The notes: generated by a model not told the origin, from the letters alone. 63,000 nucleotides of DNA, filler included, from Octopus bimaculoides (GCF_001194135.2; 7 parts of 7 records of this genome joined end to end with filler, not necessarily neighbours in it); one strand, 5' to 3'. Shown: positions 1-11,815, counted from the first letter of the whole stretch. Numbers and translations are program-made.

Positions 1-33
<33 letters not shown>

Positions 34-265
34 TATATATCCATACATATATAACCATACACACTACATCTTTAATGGGAGTTACTCTTGATAAAATACC
101 ACAGCCTAAAAGTGTTCAACGACACACACGCATTAAGCATGATAATGAAGGAATGAATGTATGTATGTACGCATGTATGTATGCATGTGTGTGTGTGTGT
201 GTATACATATATAAATAAGTTTATATATATATGTATACACACACACACACACACATATATATATA

Positions 266-1235
266 CATCATCATCATCGATTAACGTCCGCTTTCCATGC
301 TAGCATGGGTTGGACGATTTGACTGAGGACTGGTGAACCAGATGGCTACACCAGGCTCCAATCTAATTTGGCAGAGTTTCTACAGCTGGATGCCCTTCCT
401 AATGCAAACCACTCCGAGAGTGTATTGGGTGCTTTTATGTGCCACCGGCCACACTCAAAATGGTGTATTTTACGTGCCACCTGCACAGTAGCCAGTCCTG
501 CGGCACTGGCAACGATCTCGCTCGAATCTCTTTACATGTGCCACCGATACAAGTGCCAGAAAGGCGACACTGGGCACAAGTGCCATCACGATTTCTCTTT
601 CCCTTGCCCCAACAGGTCTTCGCAAGCTGAATTTTCGTGTCCAATGAAGGAGACGATGTTGGCATGGGTGCCAGTCATCGAATTTAGTTCGATTTCGAAT
701 TCATTTGCCTCAGTAGGTCCAATGAAGGAAAGGTACGCATCAGTGGGCTGGCTACACCCCTGGCAAAAGCCTTGGATTTAGGTCTCACTTGGCTTGCTGG
801 GTCTTCTCACGTAAAGTATATTTCCAAAGGTCTCGGTCAGAAGTCATCGCGTCGGTGAGGCCCAATGTTCGAAGGTCGTGCCTCACCACCTCAGCCCAGG
901 TCTTCCTGGGCCTAACTCTTCCACAGGTTCCCTCAACTGCTAGAGTGTGGCACTTTTTGACACATCTATCATCATCCATTCTCACCACATGACCATGCCA
1001 GCGCAATCGTCTCTCTTGTACACCACAACTGATGCTTTTTAGGTTCAACTTTTCTCTCAAAGTACTTACACTCTGTCCAGTATGCATACTGACATTACAC
1101 ATCCATCGGAGCATACTGGCTTCATTCCTTACGAGTCTACGCATGTCTTCTGCAGTCATGGCCCATGTTTCACTGCCACGAAGCAAGGCTGTTTGTACAC
1201 ATGCATCATACAGTCTGCCTTTTATCTGAGAGAGA
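266..1235 (-). mobile_element. RTE-clade LINE, 5'-truncated (RT C-terminus + 3'UTR + (GAT)n tail)
   Basis: ORF 785-1186(-) reads ...SETWAMTAEDMRRL...ERRLRWHGHVVRM...GRVRPRKTWAEVV, the typical RTE C-terminus; the 3'UTR has the CTGGATGCCCTTCCT motif and ends in (GAT)n. Confidence 0.9.
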
Positions 1236-2331
1236 GATACTTTGTCACCAGCAGAGGTAAGAGCTCTCTGAACTTTGCCCAGGCTATTCTTATTCTAGCA
1301 GTTACACTTTCAGTGCACCCTCCCCCACTATTAACTTGGTCACCTAGATAGCAGAAGCTATCAACCACTTGTAGNNNNNNNNNNNNNNNNNNNNNNNNNN
1401 NNNNNNNNNNNNNNNNNNNNNNNNNNNNNNNNNNNNNNNNNNNNNNNNNNNNNNNNNNNNNNNNNNNNNNNNNNNNNNNNNNNNNNNNNNNNNNNNNNNN
1501 NNNNNNNNNNNNNNNNNNNNNNNNNNNNNNNNNNNNNNNNNNNNNNNNNNNNNNNNNNNNNNNNNNNNNNNNNNNNNNNNNNNNNNNNNNNNNNNNNNNN
1601 NNNNNNNNNNNNNNNNNNNNNNNNNNNNNNNNNNNNNNNNNNNNNNNNNNNNNNNNNNNNNNNNNNNNNNNNNNNNNNNNNNNNNNNNNNNNNNNNNNNN
1701 NNNNNNNNNNNNNNNNNNNNNNNNNNNNNNNNNNNNNNNNNNNNNNNNNNNNNNNNNNNNNNNNNNNNNNNNNNNNNNNNNNNNNNNNNNNNNNNNNNNN
1801 NNNNNNNNNNNNNNNNNNNNNNNNNNNNNNNNNNNNNNNNNNNNNNNNNNNNNNNNNNNNNNNNNNNNNNNNNNNNNNNNNNNNNNNNNNNNNNNNNNNN
1901 NNNNNNNNNNNNNNNNNNNNNNNNNNNNNNNNNNNNNNNNNNNNNNNNNNNNNNNNNNNNNNNNNNNNNNNNNNNNNNNNNNNNNNNNNNNNNNNNNNNN
2001 NNNNNNNNNNNNNNNNNNNNNNNNNNNNNNNNNNNNNNNNNNNNNNNNNNNNNNNNNNNNNNNNNNNNNNNNNNNNNNNNNNNNNNNNNNNNNNNNNNNN
2101 NNNNNNNNNNNNNNNNNNNNNNNNNNNNNNNNNNNNNNNNNNNNNNNNNNNNNNNNNNNNNNNNNNNNNNNNNNNNNNNNNNNNNNNNNNNNNNNNNNNN
2201 NNNNNNNNNNNNNNNNNNNNNNNNNNNNNNNNNNNNNNNNNNNNNNNNNNNNNNNNNNNNNNNNNNNNNNNNNNNNNNNNNNNNNNNNNNNNNNNNNNNN
2301 NNNNNNNNNNNNNNNNNNNNNNNNNNNNNNN

Positions 2332-2374
<43 letters not shown>

Positions 2375-2378
<4 letters not shown>

Positions 2379-2440
2379 CATAAGAAGTTTAATTCCTAAC
2401 AACATGGTTCTGGGTTCAGTCCCTCTGCATAGCATCATGT
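2375..2440 (+). mobile_element. SINE family B, tRNA-like head fragment
   Basis: aacatggttctgggttcagtcc matches the head of the fuller copies at 22033 and 42158. Confidence 0.5.
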
Positions 2441-3223
2441 TGGTGAATTACTACCAGTTGATAGAATTGGTGATTCATCAACCCACTTTTGCTACTTGAA
2501 AGCACTATGGAGTTCTGGAACCTCATGTTAAAATGATAATTATGATGAAAACAAAGATAAAACCATAACCTGTGTTTTCTTTAATAAAATTGTGGTAGGA
2601 TAATATATAACTTCAAAATCATTAAAAATGATTTGTTGTGCATGTATGTATGTCCTTTGATACCTATATGCATTCACACATATGTATATACGTATGCATT
2701 CATACGTTTTTGTTTGAATCAAGGTATTTTACAGGGTGTAATCAGGGTATTTTACTAACTTATATGCATCTATCTTTCTAACTAATCCCCACACTCAGCT
2801 ACCTACACTTATCCATCAAGTTACATGTACATTCGTTTATCTATCAATTAATCTTTGTATATCCATCCATCAACTTATTTAACTCCCTCATTCCTCCCCT
2901 CTCTCTTTATATCTCTTTCCTCTCTCTTTCGCTTTCTTTCTTCTTTTTCTATCTGATCATCAACTATATCCATTCTATCTCAACTAGTAATTCAGAACAG
3001 CTTTCATGCCTCAGTTGTTTAAGTGTTATAGAATATCATGCTTGGCTTGTTGTGTGGTAGCATCAGGTTTCTAGACAGGAAATGCTGTATTTACAGAAGG
3101 AAGTGTCCATTCTGAATGGCAGTTTCCCATTACCGGCTTTCCTTATTTAAACAGTCATTTTGTGTATGGTTATGATCATATACACGCCTCTGTATTATTT
3201 GCAGTTTACTGTCAGATTTGCTC

Positions 3224-3255
<32 letters not shown>

Positions 3256-3324
3256 CGCTAGCCATAATATATACAATAATGTAAACATGTGTAAGTTAGT
3301 GTATACAATGTGATATGGTTCAGA

Positions 3325-3470
3325 CATGGCTGAATGATTAAGAAGTTTACTTTGAAATCATGGAGTCCCATGTTCTATCTCACTGTGCAGCACCTTGGGC
3401 AAGTATCTCCTCCCACCACATTAGAGCAGCAAAAGCAAGCCTCTTGAGTGAAATTACATGGATAGAAAGT
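3325..3470 (+). mobile_element. SINE family B, degenerate 5' half
   Basis: gcaccttgggcaagtatct core follows a decayed tRNA-like head. Confidence 0.55.
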
Positions 3471-3547
3471 GTGTTAAAGTACATTAATTGAATTACATTC
3501 AAAATCCAAAGAGCCAGCTGCATTACATATTGTCATACTGATTTTAC

Positions 3548-3627
3548 CTGAAGATTACTTCATGAGATAAACATCTGTGAAATACTCTGCCTCTTACAGT
3601 AAGTACATTGGTCCATTGATTAAACCC
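3548..3627 (-). CDS. Putative internal exon of an unidentified gene (GFNQWTNVLTVRGRVFHRCLSHEVIF)
   Basis: 80 nt between tatttcag acceptor and CAG|gtaaaa donor; open in one frame; protein not recognised. Confidence 0.3.
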
Positions 3628-3836
3628 CTGAAATACTCATTGTTGACACTGTCATGAGAATCAGCTGCAACTATTTGAAACTTTGGAAAGACAAAGACAA
3701 ATTCACTACCTTTTCTCTTGTCCTTTGTCAGATATCTGTTGGGATATTTGTGTAGCCATTTTGTTTTCCTTCTTTCTTTCCTGTCTGTTTCTTTGTATTC
3801 TTGTGTAGGCAGAAAGACAACTGACATTTATAATTA

Positions 3837-3875
<39 letters not shown>

Positions 3876-4204
3876 ATAAATAACAAACAAGAGAATGATG
3901 AACATTGCATTGGTATATAAAATCTTTTTGTAGTTGAGTGCTGTAAGTATGATACCTTTGCTCTCATGCAAAAAGTTCACAATTATTCAATCCTAGTTTG
4001 AACAATACTGGTAGTTTGGTCATTTTTGTTAAGCTGAATGCACCAAGTCTTATAAAAATGAATGAACTACCACTATTATTCAAGCTACAATTGAATAATT
4101 TTAACTTCTTTTTTTTTTTGCATGAAGCCATTGGTATTGTACTAGTAGCACTCAACTATTAAAAGATATGTGTATACATATACACAGGCTGGAAGAAGTC
4201 AAAA

Positions 4205-4680
4205 AGCTGTTACTTCTACCGGCAACGAAAGGTTTCTCTCTCAGTTTGAAGTGGAGGAGACTATATGATACCAGTGTATGAAATGTAATGTTGCATAGTA
4301 GTGTGACATGGACACTGAATGCAATGGATTTGTGAAAGCTAGAAAGGAACGAAGCAATCATATATATTATTAATGTGCATGAACGATGGAGTGCACTTTT
4401 AGCTATGGGAAAAACTGTGTATAAAAGGGATGAGTTATAGTGGGCTCAAGAAAAGACTGCAAGGATGACAACTGCATAAAGAAGCATAGGGTGCACGAAG
4501 TGGATGGAACCTGTGAAAGAAGGAAACCTCAGAATTAGTGAGTTGAAGTGGTGAAAACTGACCTTTGGAATGTTAGGCTTCACACAGAAGACAACATGTA
4601 ACCACAGTGATTGACAATATGTGGTACTGGAGAAGACCTTCCCAACTGTGCATGTAGTGAAATGAATGTTGAAATAAGTG
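4205..4680 (+). mobile_element. Degenerate RTE LINE fragment
   Basis: Translates to LYDTSV.NVMLHSSVTWTLNAMDL.KLERNEA, homologous to the RTE copy at 785-1235; has stops and frameshifts. Confidence 0.65.
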
Positions 4681-5890
4681 ATATTGTTGAGGGCTGAGAG
4701 GTGTAATATATCTATCTGTATTTGGGTCTTTTACCCCATATGTCCTGTTGAGTCTACGTTTGCCACCTGCTAAGCTACTTGATTCTTTTTCATCCCTCTG
4801 TCACTCATTTCTGCATCATTCTTCTCTTTATTACTCACCTTCTATCTGTGCTCCTTCTCCTCTGTTCATTGTATGAGATGACAGTGAATTTCTCTATGTC
4901 ATTGGGCTTATATGATTCTCATCTCTCTGACAATCACTTGCTTTCCTCTCTCTGGCTATGCGTCCTGTGTAATGAGGGTTGGCCCGAGATCTTCCTATAC
5001 CCAAACCCTCCTCCACCACCATTCTGTACTAAATATACCTGACCAGCACCCTTTCTATACTAACAGTCAATGTTCTTTCTCTCTCCACCTCTCCCACCCT
5101 TCACCTCAGCTCTCTCTATCACACACTTGTTCTCTTCACTCACACACCTTTGTTTCTCCCATCATCTCTCTCTCTATCTGCTCTTCACATTGTTCTTCAT
5201 GTTGCATTGAGTAAACAGACACAACATAACTTTAATGAGGACTCTTTAGTCTTACAAAATATAAGTGTCAGTGCCATGATAAAATACAGCAAATACACTT
5301 AGTAAAGTGGTTGGTGAATGACCAGAGGCATGACATCCTCTCTAGTGTTAGTGTCACAATAAATCCCACCCAGCAAAGTTACTGGAGATATCCTATCATC
5401 AACAGCTCTGATAGGAAGGGCATTCAGTCATAGAAACCAAACCAAAAATGAGATGTACAAGTGAGACATAGCCTTTTGATCTGTTTGTCTAGGAGGACAG
5501 TAACTTCAAATAAGAACTGACTCGGACCATTACAATCCATGCCAGCAAGGAAAGCAAACAAGCTACTGATATTAAATAAACTGTTAAGCAATTATAATAT
5601 GTAAATTAGTAGGTTCAGTTTTCTGTAGCAACTGGATATGTCATGTATACAAACACGTTTGTTTCTCTGACAAGAACTTAATAAGGTTCAAAAATTGATT
5701 AAGGTTGTTAATTTTTTTTCAATCAATGGAGAAATAGATAAATTTGCTCTGTTTATATATCAACTATATATGTGTATAAATATTTATAGATATGTGTGTA
5801 TAATGTATGTGTGTGTAAACATAAACACTCAAAGAATACTCTCTTTTTACATACACACATATGTGTGTATGTGTGTGTGTATATATATCT

Positions 5891-6494
5891 GAAATCGAAA
5901 TTGAACCAAATTCGACGACTGGCACCCATGCCAACCTCTCCTTCATTGGACACTAAACTCTGCTTGCGAAGACCTGTTGGGGCAAGTGAAGTCGAAATCA
6001 TAATTGAACCATATTCGATGACTGGCACCTGTGCCAGTGGAGCACTAACAGCACTGTTCGAGTGTGATCATTGCCAGAGCAGCTCTCTGGCTTCCGTGCT
6101 AGTGGCCCGTAAATAGCACCATTTGAGTGTGATCATTACCAGCGTCGCCTTACTGGCACTTGTGCCGGTGGCACGTTAGAAAAGCATTCGAGCGAGGTCA
6201 TTGCCAGTGCCACTGGAATGGCTCCTGTGCAGGTGGCACGTAAAAAACACCATTTTGAGAGTGGCCATTGCCAGTACTGTGTGACTGGCCCTCATGCCGG
6301 TGGCACATAAAAGCACCCAATACACTCTCGGAGTGGTTGGCGTTAGGAAGGGCATCCAGCTGTAGAAACTCTGCCAGATCAGATTGGAGCCTGGTGTAGC
6401 CATCCGGTTCACCAGTCCTCAGTCAAATCGTCCAACCCATGCTAGCATGGAAAGCGGACGTTAAACGATGATGATGATGATGATGATGATGATG
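5891..6494 (+). mobile_element. RTE LINE 3'UTR with (GAT)n tail
   Basis: Reverse-complement homolog of 266-780; ends gaaagcggacgttaaac(gat)n. Confidence 0.9.
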
Positions 6495-6607
6495 AATACC
6501 TTAGCTGCTATGTTATATCACACAGTGATTATCTGTATATATCAGTGTATATAGTTGCACAAGTAACTTCACACACAAATTTTGTTGTGTACTGATATAG
6601 TTGCATG

Positions 6608-6870
6608 AAGGTGCATGGCTCAGTGGTTAGAGTGTGAGGCTTATGATTGTGAGATTGTGAGTTTGATTCCTGGACTGGGTTATATATTGTGTTCTTGAGC
6701 AAGACATTTTATTTCACACTATTCCAGTTCACTTAGCTCTAGAAATAAGTTGCAATGTCACTGTTGCCAAGCTGTATCAGCCTTTGCCTTTCCCTTGGAC
6801 AACATCATTGGAAAGGGAAGATTGGTATGCATTGGTGACTGCTGGTCTCTCACAAACAGCCTTGCCTGGT
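6608..6870 (+). mobile_element. SINE family C (tRNA-like head + gtgttcttgagcaagac core)
   Basis: A-box-like ggctcagtggttaga, B-box-like gtttgattcc, then a conserved core; related minus-strand pieces at 21950, 24490 and 46410. Confidence 0.65.
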
Positions 6871-7174
6871 GTTGTACTTTGTGACCAAAGGGAGTCTTTA
6901 GATATAGTCACAAAGATAGTGATGATGTAATAACTGCAGAGAGGATAGTAAATGACAGGAAGGATACAATGAAGGATTAAATGCCTTGTAATTTCATTCA
7001 CATCCTCTTTGTATTCTGAATTAAAATTCCACAAAGGTCAACTGTTGGTTTTCATTTTTCCAAAGCACATAAAATAAATGATCGGCAAGAACTGAGATTG
7101 ATTTAATTAACTGCCCCAACAGTAAAATTTGTGGTCTTGTACCTACATCAGAAATCAATATTATAATTGTAGCT

Positions 7175-7399
7175 GAGGTTGCGAGCTTGCAGAATCATTA
7201 ACACACCATGCAAAATGCAAGGCAGCATTTTGTTCATCTTCATGTTCTGAGTTCAAATCCGCTGAAGTCGACTTAGCCTTTCATCCTTTGAAGGTTGATG
7301 AAATAAGTACCAGTTGAGCACTGGGGTTGATATAATTGTCTTACCCCTCTCCTGAAATTGCTGGCTTGGTGCCAAAATCAGAAATCAATATAATAATTG
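7175..7399 (+). mobile_element. SINE family A (tRNA head + Nin-like central domain)
   Basis: gagcttgcagaatc...gttcaaatcc...ttcatcctttgaaggttgatgaaataagtaccagtt; homologous to many copies in the window. Confidence 0.85.
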
Positions 7400-7439
7400 C
7401 CATAGTGGGAAATCTTGTTATTCTGTAACCCCAAATATT

Positions 7440-7580
7440 TTTCTATATCTGAGACAGTATCATCAAATGTGTCCTGCTTTTTTAAAAAAAGATTTTAGGA
7501 TGTGATTTGAAGGAGATTTGGTCACTATTGTTAACATGTCAGTTGACCACATAGAGGTTTCTCTTCTTGGCTCATGTTAA
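7440..7580. repeat. Unclassified interspersed repeat D (gatttg..tgctatttct motif)
   Basis: Similar segments at about 8240-8430, 11975-12070 and, inverted, 15985-16200. Confidence 0.45.
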
Positions 7581-7689
7581 ATAATGATGTAATGATTGTA
7601 TAATAGGTGTACTGGTTATGGTGATAAAGTGATAATGGTAGTGTTGGAGAGGTGGTAAGAATGATGTAATCTTTGTGGAGGAAATTATA

Positions 7690-7870
7690 GTAGTGTTTGT
7701 ACAATAGTTCTATATTTAAGAGATGAGGAATTATTTACATTTACACTTGATGGATATTTGTACTCATCTTGTTTGTTGTTAACACAACATTTCAGCTGAT
7801 ATACCCTCCAGCCTTCATCAGGTGTCTTGGGGAAATTTCGAATGTGGGTTCTCATTTCTAAGGGTTTTTT
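7690..7870 (-). mobile_element. Penelope-type terminal-repeat fragment (left arm of inverted pair)
   Basis: Reverse complement of about 8043-8180; contains a hammerhead-like motif. Confidence 0.7.
7781..7826 (-). ncRNA. Minimal type I hammerhead-like motif, partly decayed
   Basis: GACAC-CUGAUGA-A-GGCUG(10 nt)CAGCU-GAAA-UGUU-GUGUU; stem I GACAC/GUGUU pairs; two changes look like CpG decay. Confidence 0.6.
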
Positions 7871-7890
7871 TGATGTTTCTATTATTATTG

Positions 7891-7937
<47 letters not shown>

Positions 7938-7941
<4 letters not shown>

Positions 7942-8004
7942 TTACTGCCTGGAATCGAACTTGGAATATTGGGGTTAGTAGCCTGTGCTCTTAACCACTA
8001 CATC
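7938..8004 (-). mobile_element. tRNA-derived Pol III head (A and B boxes)
   Basis: Minus strand: tgtagtggttaag (A box) ... GTTCGATTCC (B box; + strand 7951-7960), followed by (AAT)n; no proper acceptor stem, so not called a tRNA gene. Confidence 0.7.
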
Positions 8005-8042
8005 ATGATGATAATAATAATAATAATAATAATAGCAACATA

Positions 8043-8180
8043 AAAAACACCTTAGGAATGAGAACCCAAGTTCGAAATTTCCCCAAGTCACCTGATGAAG
8101 GCTGGAGGGTATATCAGCCGAAATGTTGCATTAACAGCAAGCAAGATGAGGACAAATATCCGTCAAGTGTAAATAATGTT
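8043..8180 (+). mobile_element. Penelope-type terminal-repeat fragment (right arm)
   Basis: Inverted homolog of 7745-7870, preceded by (AAT)n. Confidence 0.7.
8087..8132 (+). ncRNA. Hammerhead-like motif with stem I decayed
   Basis: CTGATGA 8092-98, A, GGCTG 8100-04 pairs with CAGCC 8115-19, GAAA 8120-23, TGTT. Confidence 0.55.
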
Positions 8181-8439
8181 TGTACAACAGTTGTGATGTT
8201 ACTGCTGCAATGATGGTGGTGGTGGTCATAGTGTTGTTAATATTTAGTCCTTAAACAACTCTCATCAAACAGACCTATAATCGACGCTATTGCAATGACA
8301 ACCATTCTATTTTATTTTCCGATAGTATATCCAAGAATATGTTACCCAATGTGTCATTTTAAGTTTGATTCAAAAGGAAATTAGCTGCTATTTCTATGAC
8401 TACCTAGAGATTCCCTCCTTGGCTTCTAGTAGCAGTGTT

Positions 8440-8571
8440 GTCAGTACAGGTGATAGTGCTAGTTATGATAGTACTTCAACTTGTAGTAGTAGTAGTAGTA
8501 GTAGTAATGGTAGCAGCAGCAATGATGATTGTAGTTGTAGCAATGGCAGTACTAGTAGTAATAAGTGTTGT

Positions 8572-8604
<33 letters not shown>

Positions 8605-8610
8605 CTGTGG
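8440..8610. repeat. Compound (TAG)n/(GAT)n microsatellite
   Basis: Seen directly; explains ORFs 8365-8574 and 8435-8674. Confidence 0.9.
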
Positions 8611-9079
8611 TAGTAATGGCAGGGCTGATGATATTAGCTATTGGTGTTGTGTTAATGTTAGTTGCTGGCGGTAAAGGGAGATCATGACAGGACAATGAGT
8701 TCCCATGTGGAATGCAGTTAGTTAATAATTACTCTTGAGATGTCAATATCTGTGCTGCAATGTCATAGCACTTACTGTGTAAATGGATGTGGTGAGGGTA
8801 AATATGTAAACCTCCCACCCCTGCTAAACTCATAAGGTTTGTGAGGGTCATATTACATTGAGCATGATTAGGACTCCAATGGAGGTAACAATGGAAATGT
8901 TATTTTGACTGATTACATACCGCTTAGATCAGAGAGTGGGTGCTGTCCTTGCTACTGCTGTTTAGTGAACAAGGGAAGTGGCAGCATGGATATCATGTCA
9001 GACTTATCAATTTAAGGGACTTCAAATTCACTGCAAGTCTTTCATTCTACATTCTGCATACCTCTGGTGACCTGTATAC

Positions 9080-9203
9080 CTCAATTTAGGAAGGAGAGCT
9101 GGGATGACCAATGTGGTATTCAGGATGAAATAGGATTTGCCTGATGGTTTAGCACCTAACAACCCATCATGAAGTGAGGATTTAGCAGTAACCCTTTCAG
9201 AAT
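9080..9203 (-). CDS. Putative internal exon (xSERVTAKSSLHDGLLGAKPSGKSYFILNTTLVIPALLPKL)
   Basis: aatttctccag acceptor and GAG|gtatac donor; only one frame open; phase-compatible with the putative first exon at 12879-12897. Confidence 0.3.
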
Positions 9204-9234
9204 CTGGAGAAATTAAGATTTTATTATTATTATT

Positions 9235-9450
9235 AAGGTGGCAAGCTGGCAGAATCACTAGCATGCTGAGCAAAATGCTTAGCAGCATTTCGTTCATCTT
9301 CACATTCTGAGTTCAAATTCCACTGAGGTCAGCTTTGCTTTCACCCTTTGGGGAGTTCAATAAAATAAGTACCAGCGGAGTACTGGGGTCGATGCAATCG
9401 ACTTACCCCCTCCCCTGAACTTGCTGGCCTTGTACCAAAATTTGATATCC
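9235..9450 (+). mobile_element. SINE family A
   Basis: ggtggcaagctggcagaatc...gttcaaattcc...aataagtaccag. Confidence 0.9.
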
Positions 9451-9489
9451 TCATCTTTACTATTATTATTGCTATTATTATTATATGAA

Positions 9490-10660
9490 AATTTACAGCT
9501 TATTTTGCTGCGTATGATGGAAAGTGTCAGCTGTCCACAGCCAGCAGATTAAGGTGACACTTGTTTACCGGTCATGCTTCAAGAACCCTGCAAAGAATTC
9601 TTGCAGTTCCAAGCAATGCTGATTTTTGTAGGTGTTCTACCTTCACACTTGCATCGCTCTTTTTCAGCCATGTTGGTAGTTGAGTGCTGATACTTCCAAG
9701 TGCACCATGTCTACTCTCTTCATTGACCACAACTTTTGGATTTCTCACTTTAAATCATCATAGGTGTTTATTTTTTCTTCTCCTTTCACATTGATCCTGT
9801 TGTCACTGTGGCATGCTATGTCGATTACACATGTTCTTTCTTTTTTATTCACCACAACAATATCCGGTTTCCTATGTCTGGTCAGGTGATCACACTGGAT
9901 CACTACATCCCACAGGATTTTGCAGTTCTCATTTTTGGTAACTCCTTCTGGTGTTTTCTCATACCACATCTTTGCTCTTTGTAGACCGTGATTTCCACAG
10001 AGCTCCAATGGATCATTCTTGCCACATTGTCATGACATCATTTGTATTCGCATTGAGCCAATTTCAGGTATTCACTAACGATGCGCCATACCGTTTCACT
10101 CCTCTCACCACACATTCTGCATTAGTCGCTATCGGTAGTGTTGTCAAATCTGCACATCTTATAATTGGTCCTTAACGCTTGTTCCTGGGCTGCACATATG
10201 AGTGCTTCTGTCTCTATCTTCAGGTCACTCCTCCTCATCCATAGCCACTGGTCCTCTGTATGGCATTTACATCTCTTGCAAACTGACCGTACATTTTTTT
10301 CCCTTCCATGCTTTTTCTTTATTTTTGTTCATTTCTTGTTTAAATTTTTCTTTAGTTACACAATTTTCAGTTTTGATGATGCTGGACATCATGTGTTTCA
10401 ACAGTGGCTCCACAGCATTTTTTATAGGCAGTTTTCTTCTGCTTCGATACACTCTTGGCAACTGATCAAACCTCTCCCTTTCTTTTGGACAAGTACACCC
10501 TATCGGTATCACACTTAAGGCGGAAGGCTCAGTGTACTGTCAACATTTTTCTGGTCTTGGTATCCATTTTCTTCATTTCTCTCTTTTGCCATTTTATAAT
10601 TCCTGCTTCATATCAAAGTGATGCTGTCACCCATATATTAACTGCTTGGATTTCATTCCA
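9490..10660 (-). mobile_element. R4/Dong-clade non-LTR retrotransposon, 3' part (CCHC + restriction-like endonuclease), degenerate
   Basis: ORF 9745-10008: WDVVIQCDH...RKPDIVVV...VIDIA...EKINTYDDLK (PD..D endonuclease); upstream CRMCGERSETVWRIVSE zinc knuckle; (TAA)n at both ends. Confidence 0.85.
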
Positions 10661-10677
10661 TCCATTATTATTATTAT

Positions 10678-10895
10678 TAAGGTGGCGAGCTGGCAGAATT
10701 GTTAGCACACTGGGCAAAATGCTTAGTGGCATTTCATCCATCTTTACATTGAGTTCAAATTCCACCAGGATTTACTTTACCCTTCATCCTTTCGGGGTCA
10801 ATAAAATAAGTACCAGTTGAGTATTGGGGTTGGATATAACTGACTAGCCCCCTCCTCTAAAATTTCAGGCCTTGTGCTTATAGTAGAAAGGATTA
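10678..10895 (+). mobile_element. SINE family A
   Basis: ggtggcgagctggcagaattgttagc...ttcatcctttcggggtcaataaaataagtaccagtt. Confidence 0.9.
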
Positions 10896-10969
10896 CTGTT
10901 ATTATTATTATTATTATAATTATTATCACCATAAAGAGGTTATTACAAAATCAAATAAAATAATTGACT

Positions 10970-11100
10970 GTGTTGTTATAAGTTTGCTTCCCAACAGTGT
11001 GGTTTCATGTTCAGTCCTACTGCACAGCATTTTAGGCCTTTTACTGTTCTCAGGCCTTGTGAGTGGATTTGATTGGTGGAAATTGAAAGAAGCCCATCAT
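10970..11100 (+). mobile_element. SINE family B, 5' half
   Basis: gccttgtgagtggattt...gaaattgaaagaagcccatc. Confidence 0.7.
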
Positions 11101-11689
11101 ATAATTCAATAAGTGCAACACATTACCAAGAAGCATCAGTGTAGTAAATTGGTTCCATGCTCAACTCTTTCCTCCTATGCGGTCTGTCAGACAATCCTCG
11201 TAACTCCAGAAAGGTTAGTGTGTGGAGTCTGTGTGTTGTATATAAAAAGAAAGAAGGATCACTGGAAACATAATTAGCATTAATGTTTTACGCAATGTAC
11301 ACGTGTTTCATAAGACCAGAAAACATCAATTACATGAACAAATACCACCAGCGTCATTCATTGACATTACCCAGCAAAATACAACACGAAGACATTAGGC
11401 CCTCAAATACACAAGTATGCAAATAAGAACAGTTAGGTTATCATAGAAGAATAGAATAGGTGAAAGTGAGAGGATAAAAGAGCATGAGAGAGGAGTGTGG
11501 AGCCTCCTCCTTTGTGTTGTATTTTCGTCTTCGTCTTTTGTTTTCTGTAAATTTGAACTGTGTGTGTGTCCTCTTGTCTTTGCATTGTGTGATATTTGTA
11601 AAAGAGCGTCATTGCTATACAAGCAGAATCGTTCATTTCCAATTTTCAGTGAAAACGTCTGGTTATGGATTCATATTACCTTACTTGGA

Positions 11690-11815
11690 AACAAGTGGGG
11701 GCTAACGACAAGAAGGAAATCCGGCCGAAGAAGATTTGCTTGAACAAATTCCTTCTGATCCATGCAAGCACGGAAAAGTGGACGCTAAAAGAGGACGTCG
11801 ATGATGATGATGAAT
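11690..11815 (+). mobile_element. RTE-like 3' tail fragment
   Basis: ...atgcaagcacggaaaagtggacg...(gat)n resembles the tail at 6440-6494. Confidence 0.55.

Noticed and set aside
5225-5260. Hammerhead relic (taatgaggactctttagtcttacaaaa)
   Set aside because: Both core halves are altered; only a 4-bp stem resemblance remains.
7938-8004. A functional tRNA gene
   Set aside because: A and B boxes are present, but I could not build an acceptor stem or cloverleaf; treated as a SINE-type head.
11280-11345. GAAACACGTGTA (minus strand) as a hammerhead 3' half
   Set aside because: No CUGANGA core or stem II at the required distance.
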